Below are positions 18,745-29,825 of a stretch of DNA of 64,000 nucleotides, piece by piece; position 1 is the first letter of the stretch, and every line of letters begins with the position of its first letter. The position numbers were made by a program, and so were the translations under genes. The notes beneath the pieces were generated by a model. It ran no database searches and had not been told where the DNA came from. It saw only the letters and a program-made list of their open reading frames with translations. The DNA is from Dictyostelium discoideum (lineage: Eukaryota). The stretch lies in assembly GCA_000004695.1 (NCBI GenBank), contig CM000153.2, positions 3,296,001-3,360,000 of the forward strand, in the 5' to 3' direction.

Positions 18745-21700
18745 ATGATTACCACAATACAACAAATTGAAACTTTTTCAAAAAGTTTAAATAAAAATAG
18801 TATTGATAGTGATAAAAATGAAATTTATGATTCATTTTTAGATTGCATTTTAATAATTGATGATAATAATAATAATAATAATATTCTTGAACAATTAATT
18901 GAAAAATTAAAATCGATTTCAAATATTGAATATTTAAATAGTAATAATATAAATTATCACTTTATAAAATTATTATTAATTTCAATTCAAAGAATAATAA
19001 ATAATAATAAAAATGATAAAAATAATAATAATAATAATAATAATAAATTATATAAATCATTGTTTAATACATATATTGAAATATTAGAAATATCAAAAAT
19101 AATATTAAATCAAGATGAAAATCATTTAAATAAAGTTAAAATTTTAGAAATGGTTATTAATAATATTAAAGATACATTATCTTTAAATATTATTGAAAAT
19201 AGTTTTGAAATTGTAAATGATTTATTAGAGAAATCAAATTTATCAATGATATCAATTTTAGAAGAAAATGATGAAAATAATATTCATTTTAATGTTTTAT
19301 TTAATTTATTAAATAAAATTTATAATGAATTAAATAATAATAATAACAATAATAATAAAGAAATTTTATTAGTAATTAATAAATTTAGAGATATTTTTAT
19401 AAAGAATTCAATTGAATTATTAAAGAAATCAATAGATACAGATATTAGAAATGGTATTATTTCAACTTTATTATTACCATTAGTTAATGATTCAATTGAA
19501 ACTTTTAATATGGTTAAAGAATTTGCATATAAAATGATTTCTGATCCACCTGAATCATTATTCGTTTCATTAGTTAAATCTGAAGGTTTTAAATTATTAT
19601 CAAATCTTTTTAATTCATTTTATAAGAATTTAATATTTGATCCAATTTTTTGGCAATCTATAATTGTATGTAAATTATTTTTTAATTATTTAAAAAAAAA
19701 TATATATATAAATATTTATACATATAAACTAATTATTTTTATTTTTATTATTTTATTTTATTTTTTTTTTAAAAAAAAGAATGGACTTAATGATATTAAT
19801 GATTCATTAAATAGAAAAAGATCAAGTTATTTATTAAAGAAATCAATAAAGATATCAATTGAAAAAGAGAATGAAATTTCAACATGGGGTGATAATTGGA
19901 GTAAATATTTTAAATGGAGTAAAGAAGATAGTGAAAAATTACAAAAACTTTGGAATACATTCTTTTTGATTTATGAATCATTAGATGATTTTACAATTCA
20001 TTTAATTCAACCAGTATGGAAAGAAATTGATTCATTAGTAATTGGATCATCATCATCATCACCAATGTCATCACCATCATCAAAAGAAGGATTAGATTTT
20101 GAATGGGTTGAAATTTTATTTAAACGTTGTTTAAATCATCAAAACCCAGCAGTTATTAAAGTTTTAATAATTGATGTTTTAAATTCTAAACAATATATTC
20201 CATATTTACCAATTGAATTTATTAGTGGTACTTTAATTCAATCAATTTCAAATGCAGCTCTATATAAAGGTGTAACAGAATCAACTATTCATGTTGCCAC
20301 TATTAATTTCTTTACAAATTATTATCAATCATTATCAACAATTAAAGAGAAATCAAAATTCATTCAAACAATAATCAATTGTTTGGTTGTTAATCATTTT
20401 CAAAAGGAATTATTAGTTAATATTATAAAATTCATTGAAACTATTACAAATCAACAAAAATTGAAATTAACAGTTTTAAATAATGAATTTTTTCCAGTGT
20501 TTTTAAATTTTTTCGAAATTTCAATTAAAAGATTACATAGTAATGTTCGTAATAGAATTTATAAATCAATTATTAAATCATTAATTTATTTATGTGATGA
20601 AAATAATCAAGATTATCAACAACTTGATTTTAATAATAAATCAAAAATAATTTATTCAATTCCATTACATTTTCATACAAATTTAAAATATAATCAATTA
20701 TTAAATAATTGGTTAAATTCAATTAATCATAATGAAAATAATAATTTAAATAATATAAAATTAATTTTAAATAATTATAAAATTGAAGAAAAAGATAACT
20801 TAATAATAATTGATAAAGATATAATAATTAAAATTAAACAAGAATCATTTATAATTTCAAGAATGATTTTATATTTAAATTCAAAAGAATTTTCAGAAAT
20901 TATAAATGAAATATTAATTGAAATTTCAAAATTAATGATTAAAGATTCTACATGCAAATTTGGATTGGAGAATATGTCATTTAATAAATTTATTATATTA
21001 TTAGGTTCAATTTTATCAATTACAGAATTATCAAATCAAATTGAAACTTTGAAACCATTATTTATAAATACTGAAAATTTTTATGAAAGCTTTTTAGATT
21101 TCTTATTAAATAATTTTAAAAATCAACAACTTTTAAATCAATTACAATCAAATTATATACCAACTTTAGAAATTGAAGAATCTTTATATTTAATTCAATC
21201 ATTTATTATTGAAAATATTTTAAATGATAATAATTTAAAAAGTTATAAAATTAAATTAAATAATTATTTAAATCAAATTTTTAATAATAATAATATTGAT
21301 AAAAATAATAATAATAATAATAATATTAAAATTGAAATTCAAAAAGTAATTTATATTCAAAAATTATTTGGTATTTTTAAAGAACGTTCAAATATAAGTA
21401 AATTATTTAAAGTTGAAGAAATTGAAAAATTAATAGATTTTATTTTTAATATAACAATTCAAAAACCAAAACAACAACAACAAGAACAATATGATCATTC
21501 AATTAAAGAAACATTAGGATTATGGGGTAATATTAATTCATATTTTATAAAAACAAAATGGATGTTAATTAGAAATTTATTAACATGTCAATCAGAAATA
21601 ATGAAGAATGAAAATCAATCATTAGATCAATCAAAATTATTAATAGAGAAATCAAGTAATTATTTAGAGATATTAATTGATGATTTAAGTGGTTCAAATT

Positions 21701-23892
21701 TTTATTGTTCTCAACCAATATTTCATTGTTTAACTATTCTTTTACCAATTGGAACAAAAAGAAAAGATGGTAAAATTGGTTTTAACAAAGAATTATTTGA
21801 AAATTGTTTATCATATGCATGGACATCAGTTATGGATAGTGGTACATTAACATTTATTGGTTCATTTATTCAATTAGCTTATCAACATGATATTTTATCT
21901 GTTTGTATTAATGAAGAAGAAGAAGAGGATGATGAAGAGGAAATTTTTAATCATCATAATTTATTAAAAGAATATTTTTATAAATTATTAAATCAAAGTT
22001 CATTAGTAATTGGATTATATAATTTATTAATTATGAAAACTACAATGATTTGGAAAGAATATCCAGAGATTGCAATTCTTTATGTTGATGAAATATATGA
22101 ATCACTTGTATTTGGACCAACTAGAACTGCTGGTAATGAATTACATCAAGATGATTTAGAATTAACATTTCATGATGCTTTAATTGGTGTACCAACATTT
22201 GTTTTTAATTTACATCAAGATTCAATTTGTGAAAGTGCTAAAGATCAAATTAAATTTGGTTTTGGTAGTATTCCACATAAAGATAGTTTTGGTAGAGCAA
22301 TTGCAACAGTTTTCCTTTATGAAATGGGTAAATTATCAAAATCATCATCATCTCATCATATGAATGAAAATAAAAACAAAATTATTGAATTTATAAATTT
22401 AATTTCAATGAAATTATTAAATTCAAATTTTGATAAAGAATTTTTAAAGAAAAAAGAATATATTTTAAATACACCAATTCATAGATTAAAAGTTAGAATT
22501 TGGCAAAGTTTATGTATTTTATCAAAATTTATTCAACCAAATTCAAATGAACAAATGAATGAAATTGGTAGTGCTATCGTAAAGATTTTCCATTTATTCA
22601 ATTTACCATCAATTAGAAAATATGTAAATATATTTTTAGTAAACTTTATGAAGAGACATCATGAAATCATTGAAATACATTTAATTCAATTATTGGATAA
22701 TTTAAATGTACGTGGTGATATTTTAAGTTCAATAGTTGTAACAGCAGGTTATATTCTTTTGAATATTGAAAATAATAATCAACTTTATCAAAAGGTTTTC
22801 AATAGAATTTTATCATTAACAACATCTGGTCATCAAGTGGTTAAAACTATTGCCTCTTCAATCATTGTACAAATCTATGATACCGATAATAAATTAGCAG
22901 AGAAATTAAGTTCCGATAGTACAATGTTGGCATTTTTAAAACAATTACATTATTTTTTCACTAATAATCAACAAGCATTTAAATCATTGGAAAAACAAAA
23001 ACAAGTTATGGATTTAGAAAAGAAAAATCAATTTTCAAGTTCAAGTTTTCAAAATGTTTTCTATGATACACCAGTTTTAGAACAATTATCTCCAAGTGAA
23101 ATAATTTCACCAGGTATATTTGAATTTTTATTATCATCAAATGATTATTCAATTGGTAATCCACTTGAAAAACAATTACGTGATAAATTATTAGAAAAAT
23201 CAAAATATTTACCAAAAGTTATTGGTGTTGACAATGGTAATGAAAATGATAGTGATGATGATGATGAAAATCATAAAGAAAATAATATTAAAAAATTAAT
23301 TTCAAATACTGATGATATTGATGAATATATTGATAATAATCCAACAAGTTATCAAAAGAAAATTTTACCTTGGTCAAATGATTTAGATTTAGAAACTCGT
23401 GATGAATTAGTAGTGAAAAAAGCAAGACAAAGTATAATTATTGTCGCTAGTTTTATTGATAAAATACCAAATTTAGCTGGTTTAGCAAGAACTTGTGAAA
23501 TCTTTAATATTGAATGTTTGGTTGTATCTGATTTGAAAATTCGTGATAATAAAGAATTTCAAAATATAACTGTTACCGCTGAAAAATGGTTACCAATGGA
23601 AGAAGTTGCAGAGAATGATTTAAAGCAATACCTTTTATTAAAGAAATCTCAGGGTTATAGTTTATTAGGAGTTGAACAAACCTCTTCAAGTGTTTTATTA
23701 AATAAATTTGAGTTTCCTCAAAAATCAGTTTTAGTTTTGGGTAAAGAAAAAGAAGGTATCCCAACTGAATTCATTAATTTATTAGATAAATGTATTGAAA
23801 TTCCACAATTAGGTATCATTAGGAGTTTAAATGTTCATGTTAGTGGTTCTTTAATGATTTGGGATTACTTTAGACAACAATTAAATAAATAA
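18745..23892 (+). CDS. TARBP1-like probable tRNA/rRNA 2'-O-methyltransferase. Large HEAT/ARM-like N-terminal region plus a C-terminal SpoU/TrmH methylase domain. Contains a likely in-frame intron at 19666..19779.
   Basis: The C-terminal 170 aa (IIIVASFIDKIPNLAGLARTCEIFNIE...VLVLGKEKEGIPTEF...IPQLGIIRSLNVHVSGSLMIW) has the SpoU class IV methylase signature. This is the TARBP1 architecture. The 114-bp segment starts with GTATGT, ends in poly-T+AAG, and translates to FNYLKKNIYINIYTYKLIIFIF..., which is typical of intron read-through. Confidence 0.7.
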   Translation: MITTIQQIETFSKSLNKNSIDSDKNEIYDSFLDCILIIDDNNNNNNILEQLIEKLKSISNIEYLNSNNINYHFIKLLLISIQRIINNNKNDKNNNNNNNNKLYKSLFNTYIEILEISKIILNQDENHLNKVKILEMVINNIKDTLSLNIIENSFEIVNDLLEKSNLSMISILEENDENNIHFNVLFNLLNKIYNELNNNNNNNNKEILLVINKFRDIFIKNSIELLKKSIDTDIRNGIISTLLLPLVNDSIETFNMVKEFAYKMISDPPESLFVSLVKSEGFKLLSNLFNSFYKNLIFDPIFWQSIIVCKLFFNYLKKNIYINIYTYKLIIFIFIILFYFFFKKKNGLNDINDSLNRKRSSYLLKKSIKISIEKENEISTWGDNWSKYFKWSKEDSEKLQKLWNTFFLIYESLDDFTIHLIQPVWKEIDSLVIGSSSSSPMSSPSSKEGLDFEWVEILFKRCLNHQNPAVIKVLIIDVLNSKQYIPYLPIEFISGTLIQSISNAALYKGVTESTIHVATINFFTNYYQSLSTIKEKSKFIQTIINCLVVNHFQKELLVNIIKFIETITNQQKLKLTVLNNEFFPVFLNFFEISIKRLHSNVRNRIYKSIIKSLIYLCDENNQDYQQLDFNNKSKIIYSIPLHFHTNLKYNQLLNNWLNSINHNENNNLNNIKLILNNYKIEEKDNLIIIDKDIIIKIKQESFIISRMILYLNSKEFSEIINEILIEISKLMIKDSTCKFGLENMSFNKFIILLGSILSITELSNQIETLKPLFINTENFYESFLDFLLNNFKNQQLLNQLQSNYIPTLEIEESLYLIQSFIIENILNDNNLKSYKIKLNNYLNQIFNNNNIDKNNNNNNNIKIEIQKVIYIQKLFGIFKERSNISKLFKVEEIEKLIDFIFNITIQKPKQQQQEQYDHSIKETLGLWGNINSYFIKTKWMLIRNLLTCQSEIMKNENQSLDQSKLLIEKSSNYLEILIDDLSGSNFYCSQPIFHCLTILLPIGTKRKDGKIGFNKELFENCLSYAWTSVMDSGTLTFIGSFIQLAYQHDILSVCINEEEEEDDEEEIFNHHNLLKEYFYKLLNQSSLVIGLYNLLIMKTTMIWKEYPEIAILYVDEIYESLVFGPTRTAGNELHQDDLELTFHDALIGVPTFVFNLHQDSICESAKDQIKFGFGSIPHKDSFGRAIATVFLYEMGKLSKSSSSHHMNENKNKIIEFINLISMKLLNSNFDKEFLKKKEYILNTPIHRLKVRIWQSLCILSKFIQPNSNEQMNEIGSAIVKIFHLFNLPSIRKYVNIFLVNFMKRHHEIIEIHLIQLLDNLNVRGDILSSIVVTAGYILLNIENNNQLYQKVFNRILSLTTSGHQVVKTIASSIIVQIYDTDNKLAEKLSSDSTMLAFLKQLHYFFTNNQQAFKSLEKQKQVMDLEKKNQFSSSSFQNVFYDTPVLEQLSPSEIISPGIFEFLLSSNDYSIGNPLEKQLRDKLLEKSKYLPKVIGVDNGNENDSDDDDENHKENNIKKLISNTDDIDEYIDNNPTSYQKKILPWSNDLDLETRDELVVKKARQSIIIVASFIDKIPNLAGLARTCEIFNIECLVVSDLKIRDNKEFQNITVTAEKWLPMEEVAENDLKQYLLLKKSQGYSLLGVEQTSSSVLLNKFEFPQKSVLVLGKEKEGIPTEFINLLDKCIEIPQLGIIRSLNVHVSGSLMIWDYFRQQLNK

Positions 23893-24020
23893 ATTTAAAA
23901 AAAAAAAAATAAAAAAACAAAATAAAAAACAATTTCTTTTATTTGATTTATAAAGAGTTCTTCTATACAGAATTATTCATTTTTCCATTATAAAACTTTT
24001 AGACCAAACTAAGAAAAAAG

Positions 24021-24031
24021 AATCGAACCTA
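24021..24031 (-). promoter_or_regulatory. External B-box (exB) downstream of tRNA-Gly
   Basis: The minus strand reads GGTTCGATTC about 30 nt 3' of the tRNA, after a TTTT terminator. This matches the dictyostelid exB element associated with tRNA genes. Confidence 0.5.
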
Positions 24032-24059
24032 CGTTCTATCGAAATTTGGCACAAAATTT

Positions 24060-24130
24060 TGCGTATGCTGGGAATCGAACCCAGTTCGCATCCGTGGCAG
24101 GGATGCATCATACCACTAGACCACATACGC
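24060..24130 (-). tRNA. tRNA-Gly(GCC), 71 nt
   Basis: Minus-strand sequence: GCGTATGTGGTCTAGTGGTATGATGCATCCCTGCCACGGATGCGAACTGGGTTCGATTCCCAGCATACGCA. Perfect 7-bp acceptor stem, anticodon loop CTGCCAC, T-arm CTGGG-TTCGATT-CCCAG. Followed by a TTTT terminator. Confidence 0.85.
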
Positions 24131-24205
24131 TTTTTTGATGAATTTTCAGTTCCAATAGAAAAATTTGGGGCATTTTAATTTAGTATGGTACTTTTTAAAA
24201 GGAAT

Positions 24206-24278
24206 CGCCTAGACATGGGATCGAACCATGGACCTAGCGGTTAACAGCCGCTCGCTCTGCCTACTGAGCCATCCAGGC
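24206..24278 (-). tRNA. tRNA-Asn(GTT), 73 nt
   Basis: Minus-strand sequence: GCCTGGATGGCTCAGTAGGCAGAGCGAGCGGCTGTTAACCGCTAGGTCCATGGTTCGATCCCATGTCTAGGCG. Anticodon loop CTGTTAA, T-arm CATGG-TTCGATC-CCATG. The acceptor stem pairs with one G-U. A TTTT terminator follows. Confidence 0.8.
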
Positions 24279-24508
24279 ACTTTGGATATTTTTGTTCGTA
24301 AAATATCCAGGTTTTTTTTTTAATATTTTGAAATTAAAAAAAGTTTTGTAAATTTTTGATTGTAATAAATTTTTAAAATTCAAAAATGAAACCAATAACA
24401 TTTTAAATTCAAAAAAAAATGTTTCAGTGATCCACACTGGACTGATTTCTAAACAAGAAGAGGTGATTAAATAAAAAAATTTATACATCCATTAAGTTTT
24501 ATTAATTT

Positions 24509-24555
<47 letters not shown>

Positions 24556-24639
24556 GTTATTATTATTTTTATATGATTTTCATATTAAAATATTTGTATT
24601 TTTTGAATTAATATTCTAAATTGGTGATTAATATATATT

Positions 24640-25603
24640 TTAAAAACCATATTTTGAAGCTAAATTTTTTGATAAAGAAAATGCTTTCTTATACATTTTA
24701 ATACTTTCATCAGTGGAACCAGATCTTTCTAATTCTTCAGCCATAACTAATAATCTTTCAGCTTCAGCTTCAGGGTCAACTGGTTGATCGGTATTGATAT
24801 CTGCAATTTTTTCAAACATTACATCAGTTCTCATGATATATTTAATTCCATCCAATACGGGTGAACCTTCATGGAAAAGATCTTGTGGGAATACAACTAA
24901 ATTACCAGTTTTTAATGGACCAACTACATCGATAACTTTTAGTGATTGCAAATCCACCGCTTTTAAAGAGTCATCATCATCATTTAACTCTAAATCATTT
25001 CCAGTACCTGTATTGGTATCTTTGAAATGTAAAACTGATGAAATGCTCTTTAAACTTTGATCATCTAAAAAGTTTGTTGCACCACCTGTATAATCTTGAT
25101 TTAAATAAAACATAAATGTATACAATGATCTCTTTGTTGAACTTTGAACATAGGAGCCATCATAATGTTTCTTGAATAAACCACCTTTATAATATTTACA
25201 CATTCTAAACTTTGGATTTAAGCCAATAGGTTTCCAAACACCACTCGGTGAACCAATTTTATATAGACCGTCACCTGGTTTAACTGTTGTAGTTATGTCT
25301 AATCCATTATCGTTCAAAAAGTTTTCAACTCTTTCCCAAGCAAACCTTGCAATATCTTCACTCATTACCATAATTCTATCATTAATTCGAAAATCATTCT
25401 TTTCACCACGTTGCCAATGTAAACTTTCCCAACCAATCTTTTCTGCTTCCTCTATAAAATATTTACATTCCTCTTCACTTAATGCATTATGTAATATAAA
25501 TCCACCACCCCATAAATCTTTTTTTGTAATTTTTGATAAATCAAATGAATTGCTTATTGAAATTGATGGTTCTTTCATATAATGTCCAATTGATCTTTGT
25601 TGT

Positions 25604-25608
<5 letters not shown>
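24640..25608 (-). CDS. 2-oxoglutarate/Fe(II)-dependent oxygenase (prolyl-4-hydroxylase-like), about 322 aa
   Basis: HxD...H facial triad (KKHYDGSY ... LFHEGSPV). The ORF track's MKKKKKKKKKM start is read-through of an A-tract. The real ATG is at 25608 (MAQQRSIGHYMKEP...). Confidence 0.65.
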
Positions 25609-25635
<27 letters not shown>

Positions 25636-26099
25636 CAATATTTTATTATTGATGTTATTGTTGTTTATGCTAATAAATAAATAAATAAATAAATAAATAA
25701 AAACTTTAAAATTTTGAAAATTTTTTTTTTTTTTTTTTTTTTTTTATGAGAAAAATATTATAAAAAAAAAAAACTATTGAAAAAATCTAATAATTACTTT
25801 CTTAAAAAAAAACATAATTAGTAGTTTTTCATTTTTTGGTTATTAAAAGTTTTTCATTAATAGATGGATATTGGATATTGTTTTGGAAAAAAAAAAAAAT
25901 TAAAAAATTAAATATTTTTTTTTTTTTTTTTTTTTTTTATTTTCATTCATATTTTTTTTTTTTTTATTTTTTATTTTTTAAAATTTAGAACATCAAAATT
26001 TTAAAAAAATAGTTGACTAATTATTGTTGTGTTTGTAATAAAAAAAAAAAAAAGAAATTGATATAAAAAAAGGTACAATTAGTATTTTCATTACAGGAA

Positions 26100-27816
26100 A
26101 TGTCAGAAGGAAATCAACCAAAAAGAGTATTAGGATTACCAGATGTTGATCCATCACAACAAGATACATTTGAAACACCTGATCCACCAGAATCAATCTC
26201 AAATTTGGCAGTATGTTATAATATAAATAATATTTAAATATAATATAAAAAAATAAAACAATAATAATAACCAACCATTTTCTATAACTACTATCAATAG
26301 GATGAATCATCAGAATTAGTAAATGAAAGTATTGATAGATCATCACTTAAACCAGCAAAATCACATTTAAAATTTGCAAATAGAAAATTCAATAATGATA
26401 ATGAAGGTAAATTATATTATATCAACCAATTAATCCAATTAATCCAATCAATCATATAGTTAATTAATTAATTAAACAATGAATCAATAATGATCATTAT
26501 TAACAAATTAATTACTTTTAAAAACATGTATATATATATATATATATAGATTTTTCAGATTCAATTTATAAAAAGTCAGTACCAAGAACTGGTGGATTAC
26601 TTAAAAATCAAACCGTATTCGATATATTACCATCAGATGAGAGTAAAGTTGAAACACCACTTCAAAAATTTCAAAGACTTCAATATGAAGTTATGAGTTT
26701 TAGAGAAGAAATGCAGGTAATTGCTGATGTAAGTTTATAATAATATATATATATATTTATATTTAATCATTATCAAAATTATAATTTACATAAATAATAA
26801 TTTATATTTAAAAAATAATAACAACAAATAGAATGGTGGTGAAGTTGAAAAAGATATTAAAGGTGTTGATTTAACACATCAATTAGCAGATTTACAAAAT
26901 CAATTATCACATTTATTAGAGAATGAAAAATTACAACCAATTTTAGACGAAAATAAACAAGTAATTCATTATTCTCAAATTCAAAATAATTCTTCTAAAA
27001 AGCTAATTTCTGAAATTGAATCATTTACACAACAATCATTATCATCATCAACAACTGAACAAAATACACAACAACCATCAAATAATAATACAACTACCAA
27101 TATAACATCATCATCATCAATAACACCAAATCATGTTACTTATGAATTATTTTATACTGGTGAACAATCAAAATCACAACAACTTCAAAGAATTCAAGAT
27201 CTTGAAAAAAGATTAGCAAAATTAGAAACTGCAACTGGAAATAAAACTACCGACTCTGTACCAATAACTCAATCAATTTTAGAGATTAAGGAGAAATTAT
27301 CTTTATTAGATACCACTAAAATTGATGTTTTACAACAAAAAATGAAAGTAAGCTATTTTTTATTTACTTAACACCCACTCTTGATCATTATTTAATATTA
27401 ACAAAAACAATAAAAAAAAAAAAAAAAAAAAAAAGACAGTTTCAAAAGAAATGGAATCATTAAAAATTCAGGATGAAACATCAACAAAAGCATTAACAAC
27501 CAATGAAAAGAAGATTAATGATATATTTGAAACAATGAATAAATGGGATATAGTTGGACAACAAGTACCAGCTATTATAAATAGACTCTACACTTTGAGA
27601 TCTTTACATGAAGAGGGTATCTCATTCTCTAATCATGTTTCAAATTTAGAAAAACAACAAAACGATATCACCTCACTTTTAATATCAAATAGTTCTTTAA
27701 TGAATAAAATGGATGATTCATTTAAATCAAACCTTTTAACAATTAAATCAAATATTCAACAATTAGAATCAAGAATAGAAACATTACAAAATAGACAACA
27801 ACAACAACAACAATAA
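26100..27816 (+). CDS. Dynactin subunit 2 (dynamitin/p50). Model join(26100..26210,26301..26406,26559..26728,26832..27347,27436..27816).
   Basis: MSEGNQPKRVLGLPDVDPSQQDTFETPDPPE aligns to human DCTN2 [52 protein letters not shown] aligns to [25 protein letters not shown]. Coiled-coil remainder. Donors are GTATGT, GTAAAT and GTAAGT. The exon 3 donor could alternatively be GTAATT at 26717. Confidence 0.75.
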
Positions 27817-28152
27817 TGATAAATAATAAATAATAATATGGTTTATTTAATTTTCAAATCTAAACAAAAATGAATACCAATATTTAAATAACCTATAATA
27901 TAAATTTGATTTTTTTTTTTTTTAAATCATAATATTTGTTTAAATTTTATTTTATATTTCTAATTTAAAGACAAAGAGCTAGAAACTTGATAAGAAAGAA
28001 ATAATAGTGTTCGAAATTAGATATATCTTTGAAAAAAAAAAAAAAAAAAAAAATATAATTTAGAGTTATTAAATTTTACAAAAGATTATTTTATTATAAA
28101 TGGAAGTTATTTTTTAAATAAATGTTATTATTATTGAAATTGTTTGTATTAT

Positions 28153-29825
28153 TTATAATCTTTGTTCTAATAACATGTTATTATCTGGAGCGATACCAAC
28201 GCATGCTTTGAAGATATTTTCTATGCAGGCTCTTTGTTTGAAGAGTGCATTTACAACGGTAGCATGTTTTGGAACAATTGGTGCTTTAAGGAGGTATGAT
28301 CTGTAAAAATAAAAGTAAATTATCAATTTATACAATATTTTCATTGATTATTAATATTTTTAAATAAAAAAGAGAAAAGAAATATTATTTAGTATTTTTT
28401 TTTTTTTTTTTTTTAATAATTTTTAAATAAAACTTACAATAATGATAAAACTGGATGGAAAGTAGCAAATTGATCATCATCTTGTTTTTTCATTGTGATA
28501 CGACTAGTAACTTCAGCAAGAATAACTAAATCTAAAATAATTGGAGCGGCTAATAAAGAATCTTCACAAGTGTTGTGGAGAACGATTGTATTGTGACCAC
28601 CCATAAAGATTTGTGAGGTATATTCATCCATAGCTCTCTTTGAATCACCTACGTATGGGACGTATTTGATGACAATAACGTGATCTGGGTGTTCACCTTG
28701 TTTGTAGAGGATGTTATTTGAGGCAATCATATCATCGACAACATTTGATTTGGTAATTTCTTTGGAACGGAATTGTTGTGGAGCAGAGAGATTCTTACCA
28801 TCGTTATTACCTAAATGATTGTATGAAACGATTGAAACTGGTTTAATACCAGCACTGACGAGATAATCAGTGAGGACAGATTTGATTTTGGTTTGACCAG
28901 TTTTGAAATCATCACCACCAATGCTAACATTGTGTTGAATGGCTAAATCAACGACAGCTGGAACAAAGGTGTTTTGTGGTGAACCATTGATGTATGTGGT
29001 ATTTTCGAGGATAGAGGCGACGGCGAATAAAGTGGATGGTGAGATTTCTTCTTCGGAACGATCGATTGCGGCCATTAAATTTTCGATGGTATCATTGACA
29101 CCTGGAACGAGTGAAGAGAAACGTTCAGTGTTTGCGGACCACATAACGACGACGGTGTCGAGTTTGTTTGATTCTTTGAAATCTCTAATATCTTTTCTAA
29201 TTTGTTCCATTTGTTCCTTTTTGGTACCAGTTAAAACATTGTTGGCACGATCCTTTTGATTTGCAGCGATAAAGTCTGGGAAATAGATGGATGGGAGTGG
29301 AGTGATGTTTTTCATGTGTGGAATCAATTGAACTTGTAAATCATAGTCAAAAACTTGAGCACGTTGCATGGCATCAGCTAAGTTGGCATTGTTGATATCC
29401 CAACCACCGAAAACAATATCGTTTGGATGAACCATTGGGATTAAGTTCTTTAATGGAATGTAGGCATCACAACCATTTTCATCCATACCCATTCTAATGG
29501 TTGAGGACATAACAACTGAACCAAAATAGTTTGGTGTTTGAAGACCTTGTTTGGTATTCCAACATAAACCTTCACGATTGGCAATAACACCACCAACTAC
29601 TGTTGTACCATTGTTACCACATAAACCAACAATCATAACACCCATTCTTGGAACTTTACGTTCAGTCTTGAAAATATATTTTTGATCAACTGGTTCAACA
29701 ATTAATTCACCATTAACATTTTGAACTTTGGTAGTTTGATAAGTATAATCGGAAATAATATGTTCATCTGTATATTTAACATTTGGTGAATTAACCTTGA
29801 ATGATTCAAACATTTGTGCTGACAT
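28153..29825 (-). CDS. ino1: Myo-inositol-3-phosphate synthase. Model join(29825..28438,28300..28153), 511 aa.
   Basis: Strong family match along the whole ORF ([31 protein letters not shown]). The true ATG is at 29825 ([14 protein letters not shown]); upstream 'codons' are poly-T UTR. The last exon ([49 protein letters not shown]) joins through a GTAAGT donor at 28437 and a TTTTACAG acceptor at 28301, phase 2. Confidence 0.9.

Noticed and set aside
25609-25638. MKKKKKKKKK N-terminal extension of the oxygenase ORF
   Set aside because: An A-tract in the 5' leader. The conserved protein starts at the internal ATG at 25608.
26717-26728. Alternative exon 3 donor (GTAATT at 26717) in the dynamitin gene
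   Set aside because: Both GTAATT at 26717 and GTAAGT at 26729 preserve the frame. I chose the stronger GTAAGT consensus. The 4-aa difference (VIAD) cannot be resolved from sequence alone.
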